Under the pieces are notes generated by a model. That model was not told where the DNA came from and did no database searches. It was given only the letters and a program-made list of their open reading frames with translations. A program made the translations under genes and the position numbers. This document shows, piece by piece, positions 8,487 to 22,104 of a stretch of 64,000 bases of DNA. Each line of letters opens with the position of its first letter. Position 1 is the stretch's first letter. The DNA is from Planctomycetota bacterium (lineage in GTDB: Bacteria > Planctomycetota > Planctomycetia > JALXBF01), in contig JALXBF010000029.1 in NCBI GenBank assembly GCA_026991575.1, positions 1-64,000 of the forward strand. The letters are read 5' to 3'.

Positions 8487-9655
8487 CCAGCAGGCAGAGC
8501 AGGGGGGGCCGGGAAAACGTATCGCCTGTCCGTGTCAGCGGTGCCGGGCCGGATATTCAGCGGCTGGCGCGCGCGCTCATGGCCTGGTACGCCGACCACC
8601 GCCGGGACCTGCCATGGCGACGGCCAGGTGTCACGCCGTATGAAGTCCTCGTCGCCGAGGTGATGCTCCAGCAGACTCAGGTCACCACGGTGCTGCGGTA
8701 CTACGACCGCTTCCTGGCCACCTTCCCAGACCTGTCGTCGTTGGCACGCGCTTCCGAAGCCGATGTGCTGCGGCTGTGGCAGGGCCTGGGCTACTACCGA
8801 CGGGCGCGGAACCTGCAGCGGACGGCGCGCGAACTGTGCAAGCGCTTCGGCGGGCAGGTACCCTCGGAGCTTACCGTCCTTCGCAAGCTGCCCGGGGTGG
8901 GCGAGTACACGGCACGGGCAATCCTGGCGTTTGCGTTCAACCGGCCGGTGGTCCCGGTGGACGCGAACGTGGCGCGGGTTCTGGCCCGGCTGTGGGCGGT
9001 GCCGGATCCGATCGAGCGGACCGCAACGCGACGGAGGCTGTCGTTGGCAGGCGACCTGCTGGCGGCTGCCGCCGGTAACGGCCAAGTCGGTCAGGCGCTC
9101 ATGGACCTGGGAGCGACGATCTGCACGCCGCGGTACCCGCAGTGTGCCATGTGCCCGCTCGCCGACAACTGCGTGGCCGCCCGTAACGGTGCTCAGGACC
9201 GCTTACCGGTAACCGGCGAACGTGCCCCGGTGGAGCGACTCCTGGAGTGGGGAGCCATCGTGTTCGACGACAGTGGTAGGGTCTTGCTGCTGCGGCGCAA
9301 GCGTCCGCTACGGTGGGGCGGTCTGTGGGAGTTTCCCCGATTTCCACGGCGGGATGGCGAAGACCCCCAGCGGCTCTGCGCCCGACTGGACCGCTGGGGG
9401 CTTCGGGTGCACTTCTGGCAGGTTGGGGCCTCCTTCACGTACCAGGTCACACGCTTTCGTGTGAGCCTTCGTCCGTGGGGGGGATGCTGCGGCGGTGGCC
9501 GAGTCACCGGATCCGACGAACACGATCAAGCCCGATGGGTACGGCCCGAGCGACTGGGCAACTATGCATTGCCCAGCCCGCAGCGCCGCCTGGCGCGGCT
9601 GGCTAAGCGATGGGCTCGGGAGCTTACGCAAGTTGCCACCGCTCGGCGTCACTGA
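8483..9655 (+). CDS. mutY: A/G-specific adenine glycosylase
   Basis: RDLPWRR, EVMLQQTQV, WQGLGYYRRA, HhH LPGVGEYTA, VDANVARV, Fe-S motif CTPRYPQCAMCPLADNC, NUDIX-like GLWEFP tail. Confidence 0.95.
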   Translation: MTSRQSRGGRENVSPVRVSGAGPDIQRLARALMAWYADHRRDLPWRRPGVTPYEVLVAEVMLQQTQVTTVLRYYDRFLATFPDLSSLARASEADVLRLWQGLGYYRRARNLQRTARELCKRFGGQVPSELTVLRKLPGVGEYTARAILAFAFNRPVVPVDANVARVLARLWAVPDPIERTATRRRLSLAGDLLAAAAGNGQVGQALMDLGATICTPRYPQCAMCPLADNCVAARNGAQDRLPVTGERAPVERLLEWGAIVFDDSGRVLLLRRKRPLRWGGLWEFPRFPRRDGEDPQRLCARLDRWGLRVHFWQVGASFTYQVTRFRVSLRPWGGCCGGGRVTGSDEHDQARWVRPERLGNYALPSPQRRLARLAKRWARELTQVATARRH

Positions 9656-10460
9656 ACGGAGACAGCTGCGAGGTGGTCTTCAGCGATTCCAGGTCCACGT
9701 CGCCCAAGAACTTGCTGTATGCAATCCGACGCTGGCTTTTCTCGCGGCTCAACTCGGTCAGGTCCAGCAGCAGCGGCACCGCCGGAGCGTTCTGCACGGC
9801 GTCGTACGTCTTGACCGGTCCGAATTGCCTGAAGGGCAGGAAGTTGGCATAGAAGCGCACGTGGCGTGGGTTGATCACCACCAGCAGATCCGTGACGCGC
9901 TGCCTGAGTGCGAACCAGACAATGCTCCGCGTCAGCGACACCACGAGATTAACGGTGGCCGACCGCTCACGCACCCGGGACGCAAAGCCGATGACCTCCG
10001 CCAGCCGTCGCCCTTGCTCGCGCAGTCTGCGCAGCTCCTCGTGGTACAGCTTCTCCATGGGCAGTCCCCAGGGGCCGTCAGGCACGTACGTGGCCGTGGC
10101 CAACACGACGCGGTCGCGTGCGCAGGCAACGAAGACCTCTGCCCCTGGTACGCAACAGTACCGGTGCACATGGGTCTGGATCGCGTCCTGGGGTACGTAC
10201 CCCAACCGCTTGTACTGCTCCAGGACAAGGTCCAACGCGGCATGGCGAAGTGCGATCGTATCGGCCAGGCGGCAACGATACGGGACCCTGCTGATCCAGC
10301 GGCGTGCGGAATCGAGCGGCGTCTGGTCGGCACCTCGCGAGGATTCCGATCCCGTGACCTGCCCGGTCTGAACCATGATGCTCCCCCTTCGCGACGATGT
10401 GTCTGTGGCTTTCCCGTCCAACGTGCTGTCCGGTTGAACAGATGTGTCGTTTTCGGACAC
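9624..10460 (-). CDS. FeeM-type N-acyl amino acid synthase (GNAT fold), copy 2
   Basis: QYKRLGY, DGPWGLPMEKLYHEEL, RRLAEV, DLLVVINPRHVRFY, VQNAPAVPLLLDL; clear paralog of 6495-7283. Confidence 0.8.
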   Translation of the reverse strand: MSENDTSVQPDSTLDGKATDTSSRRGSIMVQTGQVTGSESSRGADQTPLDSARRWISRVPYRCRLADTIALRHAALDLVLEQYKRLGYVPQDAIQTHVHRYCCVPGAEVFVACARDRVVLATATYVPDGPWGLPMEKLYHEELRRLREQGRRLAEVIGFASRVRERSATVNLVVSLTRSIVWFALRQRVTDLLVVINPRHVRFYANFLPFRQFGPVKTYDAVQNAPAVPLLLDLTELSREKSQRRIAYSKFLGDVDLESLKTTSQLSPFSDAERWQLA

Positions 10461-10648
10461 TCAAGCGTAGGTCACAGGCTGCGCTCGTCAACTGAATGCA
10501 ACAGCCCTTTCTGGCGGCCGGAAGTGACGTCGATCCTCGCACGCCGACCGCGCGAGCTCAGCCGCGCGCAATCAGCACCGGCAGCCAGCGGCGGGTGTTG
10601 GCAGGGGGCGTTCGCACCGGCGCGAGGCGGGCACTCCTTGTTGCCAGG

Positions 10649-15322
<4,674 letters not shown>

Positions 15323-15423
15323 GCTCTTCTCACCGTGCTTGCTCTGGTCGTCCTGAAGAACCCTCTAGCGGACTGCCGATCGAGCTCTCTCAGCGGTTGT
15401 GGTGGCAGAACGAGAAGTACTGC

Positions 15424-16377
15424 TCAGGGGGGTGTACTCGCAGTTGCCAGTTTCCGTCGTGGCCGCTTCCGCTCCAGGCGCTGACGGCCCTGTTCCCATG
15501 TTCTCTGCGTGAGAATCTCTACAAAACGCACCATGGCCCGGTTCAGCCGGGTGCGACGGCGGAGCACCACGCACAGTGGCCGATAGAGCGGTTCGCCCGC
15601 AAGCGGCACAACAGCCAGCGTGCCGCGTGTCCGCTCCCGTTCAACGGTCGGCTCAGGCAGAATCGCAACCCCCATGCCATCCTCCACCGCTCGCTTAATC
15701 ATCTCCACGTTGTCAAACGCCGCCACGATACGCGGCCGCGCGCCGTGTTGCCTAAGGTAGCGGTCGATAGCCCTCCGGATGGCGAGACCTTCCTCGAAGG
15801 CAACCAGAGGCCGACCGTGCAGTTCGGCGACGGCCAGCGAGTCGCGGGCAGCCCAGGGATGCGACGGCGCGCAAACGAGCCGCATCGGCTCCTGGCGCCA
15901 GGGCACCACGATCAGCTCGCGCGTGTGGCTGGGGAAAGAGACCAGCCCAAGGTCGGCCTGACCAGCATCCAGCAATTCGTAGACCCGGTTGGGATGCACA
16001 TAGCTAATGTCCACCTGGGCGTCCGGCAGTTCCTCCTGCAGCCGCGCCACGTACCGGCCCATGTCGTGCAGACCGACCGAGTAGATGGCGGCAACGCGAA
16101 CGAGACTACGCTGCGCGCGGGCCCGCTCGCGTAGCTGAGCTTCCACTTCGTCCAGCGCCTCCAGTAGCTCGCGCACGCGTTCGTAGTACAGCTTCCCCTC
16201 TTCCGTCAGCACCCACGGCCGTCGGCTGCGGTCCACGAGCCGTACACCGAGGCGCTCCTCCAGCTGCTGGATTGCCTGGCTGACAGCCGACTGGCTGACG
16301 CCGTGCCGTTCGGCTGCGCGCGAGAAGCTGCCCAAGCGGGCAGCATCACAAAAGAACCTCAGCGTCTCCAGCTGCAT
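15424..16377 (-). CDS. LysR-family transcriptional regulator
   Basis: MQLETLRFFCDAARLGSFSRAAERHGVSQSAVSQAIQQLEERLGVRLVDR HTH plus substrate-binding domain. Confidence 0.95.
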   Translation of the reverse strand: MQLETLRFFCDAARLGSFSRAAERHGVSQSAVSQAIQQLEERLGVRLVDRSRRPWVLTEEGKLYYERVRELLEALDEVEAQLRERARAQRSLVRVAAIYSVGLHDMGRYVARLQEELPDAQVDISYVHPNRVYELLDAGQADLGLVSFPSHTRELIVVPWRQEPMRLVCAPSHPWAARDSLAVAELHGRPLVAFEEGLAIRRAIDRYLRQHGARPRIVAAFDNVEMIKRAVEDGMGVAILPEPTVERERTRGTLAVVPLAGEPLYRPLCVVLRRRTRLNRAMVRFVEILTQRTWEQGRQRLERKRPRRKLATASTPP

Positions 16378-16421
16378 CGCCTCTTCCAAGCATGAGCGAG
16401 GCTAATCCGAGCGTTGCTCTG

Positions 16422-16464
16422 CATAAGGCTTCCTTATGATAACCAAGGGGCCTACCTTGGTCAA
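16422..16464 (-). promoter_or_regulatory. Sigma70-type promoter of lysR overlapped by a LysR T-N11-A operator
   Basis: Minus-strand TTGACC (16464-16459)-N17-TATCAT (16441-16436). Perfect dyad CATAAGG-CTT-CCTTATG at 16422-16438 (T16424-N11-A16436). Second dyad ACCAAGG-N6-CCTTGGT at 16442-16461. Confidence 0.75.
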
Positions 16465-16988
16465 CTGCTACGCGGAAGAACGCGCCTACCGAGTGGTGGC
16501 TAACCGCTTGGCAGCTGCGGGCAGCACCTCGGTGTGCGTCACCGGGCCGCGCCGTCGGGAGGCATCCACTCTGTGCGAGCCCTCCAGATGTGCCGATCAC
16601 GCAGAAAGCAGCCTCTTGATCGCCTGCGAGGAACTCAGGTGGGCTCGCCACGAAACGCCCCGCGGCTCGCTCCCTGCAGCTGTAGTCTGCATCACAACTC
16701 CACACCGGCGGGGATGCGATCCGGGGGAGGGGGAGCCGGAGCTGCAGGCACCGGAAGCAATCACCCGGCGCGCAGCCTGCAGCAATGGGCTATCGAATCG
16801 ACTCGGGGGGAACTGGCTGCAAGCCCCATCGGGCGGACTATTGCCTGCCGGTCACGGGATGACCAGCCGCACTGGGCGCAGTGGTACAGCGCCTGCGGGC
16901 ATATCTGTCCGCGGGAAGCTTCTGACGGCAACGCCACGCGACGGCCCGGCCTCCGCACGCGGGTACCGTGCGACGAGGGCTCGTCTTC

Positions 16989-17318
16989 TCACGGCTCAAT
17001 CCCACTTTGCCCGCAGTCTCCCCCTTGCGTGTACCTCTTGTAGCCCACTCTTTGGATAGTCTGGATGGTAGCCTCAGCCTCATACCTCCCTGCTGGAATC
17101 TTCCCCTGCTGGAAGCGGTACACCCACACCTCTGGTGGCCCCTGTTGCTCTAACTGCATCGGTCCGACTTCAAACTTCTTGCCATCGTCCTGGACTTCCC
17201 ACAGCATCACGCCAATCGTAGTGCCGTTTGGTCCGGGCTCTACAGTGGCGCGCGCCTCGCATGCGTCGAGGTCAAACACAAGCCCTGTGACTGCCGGTCG
17301 GCTACGGTCTACGGACAT
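16989..17318 (-). CDS. Small hypothetical beta-rich protein coupled to the kinase gene
   Basis: ATG overlaps the kinase stop (TGATG); GGAGG upstream; 109 aa with natural composition. Confidence 0.6.
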   Translation of the reverse strand: MSVDRSRPAVTGLVFDLDACEARATVEPGPNGTTIGVMLWEVQDDGKKFEVGPMQLEQQGPPEVWVYRFQQGKIPAGRYEAEATIQTIQRVGYKRYTQGGDCGQSGIEP

Positions 17319-19066
17319 CAACTTCCTCCCGCGTCGGTGCGCACGCCGGCACCGCTTACGCTGAACTGGCCGTACATGAACATCATCCCCACGCTACCCG
17401 TATCGTGCTGCTCCCACTGGGGCACTTCCGGTAAGTCCGTTTTCAGTGGGACACGTTGGCCCTGAACCACCACCTCGTCGGGGCGCCCCCAGTTCAGGCG
17501 CACCCGAACCGTCACGGGCCCGGCGACATTCCACGTCACGGTTTTCTGCAACGCAATCGCAAGTTTTCGGACGTACAACCCGCCGCTACCCGTGTATTGC
17601 AGCGTGATGTGGCACAACGCCACACGGACCTCTTTCTCGTCGGGCACGTACTCGACGTACAACCCCGGCGCCAGCATCCGCGGCGGCGCGTCGGGTGGTG
17701 CCACCGGCAACACGCCCCAGAACGTGATCGCTCGTGGGTTGACTGCGTCGCCGAATTGCGGCCGTCGTGTCGCAGACATCGTGTAGCGGAGAGTACACGG
17801 CCCCCCCGGAAGCTCGCCCAGTTTGAAGGCTACGGGCGTCCTTGCCAGCACGTTAAGGGTCCGGTGGATAGGAGAATAGGTGTAATGATGGTTTGCGGGG
17901 TCGGTAACATCGAGCATGATCGGTATCGGATTATCGGCAAGCAAATCCCGGTAGCGATTCCCTCTTTCTTCGGCTTGGCCTTTTGTGGTTGGTGCCAGCG
18001 CGGCCAGACGCCAGGCCGTGGCCGCCGCAGCGGTGAGCAACAGGCTCGTGCCAACCAGTAGGCTGAGCAGCACGGCCGCGTTCAGTCGCCTTGGTTGGGC
18101 TTTGGCTGCTGTCACCTTCTGCAGTGACTGCGTCAAAGCGACCTTGAGATCGTGCGCTGTCGGCAGCCGCTGGCTGACGTCCTTGCGGAGACAGCGTGCG
18201 CAGAGTTCGTCGAGCTCAACAGGTATGCTCTCATCGACTTGTCTGAGCGGCTTCGGTTCGCGGTGCAGCACTTCGTCGTAGATCTGCTCTCTGTCGTCAC
18301 CCGTGAACGGCCGCTTTCCGGTGAGCAGCTCGTAGAGGATCACGCCGAGGGCCCAAACGTCGGCGCGGCCGTCGGCGTAATGCAGCTTCCCCTTGACCTG
18401 CTCCGGGGCCATGTATGCGGGCGTGCCGCTGAGCTCGCCGCGACGGGCATGGCGTGCTTCTTCCCAGAGAGCCAGACCAAAGTCGGCTACCTTCACACTC
18501 CCATTGCGGTCAAGCAAGATGTTGGCAGGCTTCAGGTCACAATGCACCAGACCACGTTTGTGAGCGTAGTGGACAGCGTCAGCCACCTGAACCATGATCC
18601 GCAACGCTTCTTCCAGCGGCAGCGCGCCTTTAGCGACACGGTCCCGCAGGCTACCTCCGTCGATGTACTCCATCGCAATGTATACCCCCCCTTCGTACTC
18701 GCCTGCGTCATACACCGACACGATGTGGGGGTGCTTCAGACGCGCGATCGTTCGGGCCTCGCGCAGGAAGACCTCCTGCCACCCCTCCGGTGCATCCGAC
18801 ATCGCCTTGGCCAGCTTGATGGCCACCAGTCGATCGAGGCAGGGATCACGTGCCAGGAAGACACAGCCGAAACCGCCGCGTCCCAACGGGCGGAGCACTA
18901 CATAGCGTCCAATGTGACGTGCGGACGCCGGCGCGGTTGTGTGGTCGCCTTCCTGCGGAACTACCGGTGCGGTGCGTGTGTCGTCGTTTGAGACCGTCTC
19001 CCGAGCCGCGTCAGCCCCCGGGTGCGGCCGAGTACCCAAGTCTTGCCAGGTTGGCTTGTCAACCAT
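17318..19066 (-). CDS. Membrane-anchored Hanks-type Ser/Thr protein kinase
   Basis: LGRGGFGCV, VAIK, HCDLKPANILL, DFG, GTPAYMAPE, DVWALG; TM (AVLLSLLVGTSLLLTAAAA) then a C-terminal extracytoplasmic domain. ORF extends to TTG 19165. Confidence 0.93.
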   Translation of the reverse strand: MVDKPTWQDLGTRPHPGADAARETVSNDDTRTAPVVPQEGDHTTAPASARHIGRYVVLRPLGRGGFGCVFLARDPCLDRLVAIKLAKAMSDAPEGWQEVFLREARTIARLKHPHIVSVYDAGEYEGGVYIAMEYIDGGSLRDRVAKGALPLEEALRIMVQVADAVHYAHKRGLVHCDLKPANILLDRNGSVKVADFGLALWEEARHARRGELSGTPAYMAPEQVKGKLHYADGRADVWALGVILYELLTGKRPFTGDDREQIYDEVLHREPKPLRQVDESIPVELDELCARCLRKDVSQRLPTAHDLKVALTQSLQKVTAAKAQPRRLNAAVLLSLLVGTSLLLTAAAATAWRLAALAPTTKGQAEERGNRYRDLLADNPIPIMLDVTDPANHHYTYSPIHRTLNVLARTPVAFKLGELPGGPCTLRYTMSATRRPQFGDAVNPRAITFWGVLPVAPPDAPPRMLAPGLYVEYVPDEKEVRVALCHITLQYTGSGGLYVRKLAIALQKTVTWNVAGPVTVRVRLNWGRPDEVVVQGQRVPLKTDLPEVPQWEQHDTGSVGMMFMYGQFSVSGAGVRTDAGGS

Positions 19067-19338
19067 GTCGACCCCCTTGCCGCGTCCAGTCCCGGCGCTG
19101 TCCGAGGAATCGGCCGCCCCGGGCCCGAGCAAACGCTTAGACAATGAGACCAACGTGGATACCAACGTGCAGTGCCAACGCGACTTAGTTTACCACACCA
19201 GTCCCGCCAGGTACAACCGTCCCCCGCCAGCGAAATGCGGTTTGCTGCACGGGCCGAGCGTTCCGAGTATGCTTGTCACCGGAACCTGAGACAGCAAGTA
19301 GTAGCCCGGGTCAGTTACTCATCCAACGGTGACCAAGC

Positions 19339-21930
19339 ATGACGTCCCGCAGCGTCTTCGTCAGCCTGGCACTGGCAAGTTGGCTAACCACTTTGCAGCA
19401 CGCAGCCGCCCAACGCTCGGCCTACCTGAGGGTCACGCTTGTCGAACCAGCCGGGCGCAGCTACTGGGTGCAGCTGGCCGGTTACATCCACCGGTCACCG
19501 TGGTATCTGCCGCGGCGGGTGGTGCCGGAGGAGGCCGCGCGCGATCCGGCCCGTCGCCTCCCCAGTGGCACGCCGACCCCGTGGATCAACCTGGTGCAGT
19601 GGGCCGGAGACCGATTGCACGGCCGCCTCGCCAGGGCAGGAGGCCGGGCAGAGTATCCGAACGTGACCGTGCAGATCCACGTCGAACCACCTGCCAGTCG
19701 CCTGCGGCTCATCATCGAACTCGCCACGGCGCCGGATCCCGACCTTGTCGTGCGTCGCTGGGAAGAACGCATCGAGGGGGGACTGACCAGCGTGCTGGTG
19801 TCCCCCTACCTGGAACGGGATGCGGCCGAGTTAGAGACAGCCACCGAGATGACTAACCGCCGGCTTCGCTGGGCCATCCTGGCCAGCCGCGGCCGACGGC
19901 ACTCCCCCCGGCAGCTCATCCTGCAGACCAATCTCTGGGGGCCGCAGCGCCCCGAGCTCAATCTGCGCGAAGCCCGTGTCCTGTGGCTGCTAGGCTTCAA
20001 CACCGTCGGCAATCAGCCGCGCGAAGTACGCCTGCGCTACCCTGAGTTTCGCGTGCCGGCTCACCGCCACGGCGTCCCACTAGGCCCAGGAGCCGATCGC
20101 GAACAAATCCGCCGCTTCTGGCATCGGGTGGCCCGTAGCTATCGGAAGCCACTGCCGCCCGGCACCACGTTCGGCATCAATGATGAAGTCGTTTGTCGTC
20201 CCCCGATCGGCGACAACGCGGCTGCACTGGCAGCCTTCCGCCGCTGGCTCGCCGAGCAGGGCATCAGCCCTGCAGAGCTCGGCGTCCGACGGCTCGACGA
20301 CGTCGTGCCGATCGAAACCCCCGACCAGTTGCGTGAGCGGATGAAGCAAGATGAGCGAGCGGCGCGGCGAGTCTTCTACTGGACGAGCCGCTTTCGCCAG
20401 GCGGCTGCCACGCAGCGGCTCAAATGGAACACCGAGGAGATTCACCGCCAGCTCGGGCCACAGGTCATCGCCACCACCCTAGTGGCCGATCACCCCTACT
20501 TTGCCGGCACGGGGCTCGGCATGGGCATGCACCGCCCGAACACAGCCTGGGGCGGCTGGCCGTTGGCAATGGACTGGTTCAGCATTGGGCGGCAGCGGGC
20601 TGTCGACCTGATCGGCATCGAAGACTGGCTCGGGCTCCAGTACATGTACGGCCCGAACTACACGTGGGAAGGATTCCAGCTGCTCGGTTTCCAGGCAGCC
20701 ATCTTCCGCAGCGCCTCCAGAGGGCGGCTGCCCATCATCGTGTGGGTCACTCCGAGCGACGACGTGAACCTGCAGCTCAAGTTCGCATCAGCCTTCGCGC
20801 AAGGGGCAAGCCATCTGTTTTTCTGGACCTACGGGCCGACAGCCACAAGCACGGAGAACTACTGGAGCGACCTGAGGTCGGCCTATGATGGGATCGTGCG
20901 CGTGGCGCGCATGATGGCACTGCTGGAACCTGCCCTGGCCAGTGGTCGCCCGCGTCCGACGCGCGTCGCGTTGCTGTACAGCATCGCCTCCGATCTTTGG
21001 CAACCGTACGACTACGTGCACATGCTCGAACGCCGAGGCCTCTATCTCGCACTGGTCCATGACCACTGGCAGGTCGATCTGCTGAGCGAAGAGGATGTTG
21101 AAGCCGGCGCACTGCAGCGCTACGACGTGCTCTTCACCGCAGACCCATGCGTCAAGTCGGCCGCGGCTGAACGGATCCGGCGGTGGGTTGCCGATGGCGG
21201 ACTGTTGGTCGGCACATGCACGGCAGGATCACGAAACGAGTACGACGAGCCAACAGGACCGCTGCACGATGTGTTTGGAATCGGCCGGATCCGGCGGGTG
21301 ACCGTTCAGCGGGCCCCCTACCGCGTCCGGGCCGGGCTGAACCGGGTTGCACCGTTTGACACCGTGGCCACCGACCATGGCACGCTCGAGGCGGTCGGGC
21401 TGCACGCGGAAGTGGTACCGGCTTCCGACGCGGTGGTGGTGGCCCGCTACCAACGCGGGGGCGGCGCGGCAATCCTTGAGAACCGCTACGGGAAGGGCAG
21501 GGCGGTGTACTACACGTTCACGCCCGGTATCAGCTACATCCGTGAAGCACGCTTCGTGGCCGGGGCGCTGGCCGAACGTTGGCCGCCCTCCTATCGCCGC
21601 ATGTTCGGTAGCTTGGCCGAGCGGGCGGGCGCGCAGCGGCTAGCCCGGGTCAGCGAACCGGTTGTCGAGGTGGGGGTGCGCGACGGAGACGATGCCACGG
21701 CAATTATCCTGGGCAATTTCACCTACGAGCCGATCCGCACATTGCGCATCGCAGTCGCCGTGCCACACCGGCCGATCGCAGTGGTCTCGGCAACGCACGG
21801 ACCGCTGGCGTTTCGCTGTCGTCAAACGACACAGCACGCCGCAGGGTTGCCGTATCTCGTGGAATTTGCGGTCCCCCTTGACGTGGCTGACGGGATCCTT
21901 CTGAAGTACGGCGACCGCACGGGGCGATAA
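19339..21930 (+). CDS. Exported glycoside hydrolase-like protein with beta-galactosidase trimerisation-like domain
   Basis: Signal peptide ...LQHAAA; INDE acid/base-like motif; AAFRRWL; C-terminal RVALLYS...LQRYDVL...RRWVADGG...NRYGKGRAVY (GH42-like domain B). Confidence 0.6.
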   Translation: MTSRSVFVSLALASWLTTLQHAAAQRSAYLRVTLVEPAGRSYWVQLAGYIHRSPWYLPRRVVPEEAARDPARRLPSGTPTPWINLVQWAGDRLHGRLARAGGRAEYPNVTVQIHVEPPASRLRLIIELATAPDPDLVVRRWEERIEGGLTSVLVSPYLERDAAELETATEMTNRRLRWAILASRGRRHSPRQLILQTNLWGPQRPELNLREARVLWLLGFNTVGNQPREVRLRYPEFRVPAHRHGVPLGPGADREQIRRFWHRVARSYRKPLPPGTTFGINDEVVCRPPIGDNAAALAAFRRWLAEQGISPAELGVRRLDDVVPIETPDQLRERMKQDERAARRVFYWTSRFRQAAATQRLKWNTEEIHRQLGPQVIATTLVADHPYFAGTGLGMGMHRPNTAWGGWPLAMDWFSIGRQRAVDLIGIEDWLGLQYMYGPNYTWEGFQLLGFQAAIFRSASRGRLPIIVWVTPSDDVNLQLKFASAFAQGASHLFFWTYGPTATSTENYWSDLRSAYDGIVRVARMMALLEPALASGRPRPTRVALLYSIASDLWQPYDYVHMLERRGLYLALVHDHWQVDLLSEEDVEAGALQRYDVLFTADPCVKSAAAERIRRWVADGGLLVGTCTAGSRNEYDEPTGPLHDVFGIGRIRRVTVQRAPYRVRAGLNRVAPFDTVATDHGTLEAVGLHAEVVPASDAVVVARYQRGGGAAILENRYGKGRAVYYTFTPGISYIREARFVAGALAERWPPSYRRMFGSLAERAGAQRLARVSEPVVEVGVRDGDDATAIILGNFTYEPIRTLRIAVAVPHRPIAVVSATHGPLAFRCRQTTQHAAGLPYLVEFAVPLDVADGILLKYGDRTGR

Positions 21931-22020
21931 GGGCACGGCCGCGGGGCTCCGGCGGTCAGCGGGATGGCTTCAGAACGCCAAGTCGTCCCGCGGCCAGCCG
22001 GCGCGGTGACAGCTGCACGG

Positions 22021-22059
22021 AGAAAGAACGACCGGCGCCAGGGGGGGACTGGCGCCGGT
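22021..22059 (-). terminator. Intrinsic terminator of the subtilase/FG-GAP operon
   Basis: 11-bp stem ACCGGCGCCAG / CTGGCGCCGGT followed on the minus strand by CGTTCTTTCT. Confidence 0.65.
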
Positions 22060-22104
22060 ACGGCACGTCGGTAGCGGGGATGGGAAAAGGGGAGGGCGGG
22101 TGCG

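Noticed and set aside
16436..17059. ORFs divergent from lysR (207 aa and 169 aa)
   Set aside because: Arg/Ala/Pro-rich shadow-like composition, no motifs, and one starts inside the operator.
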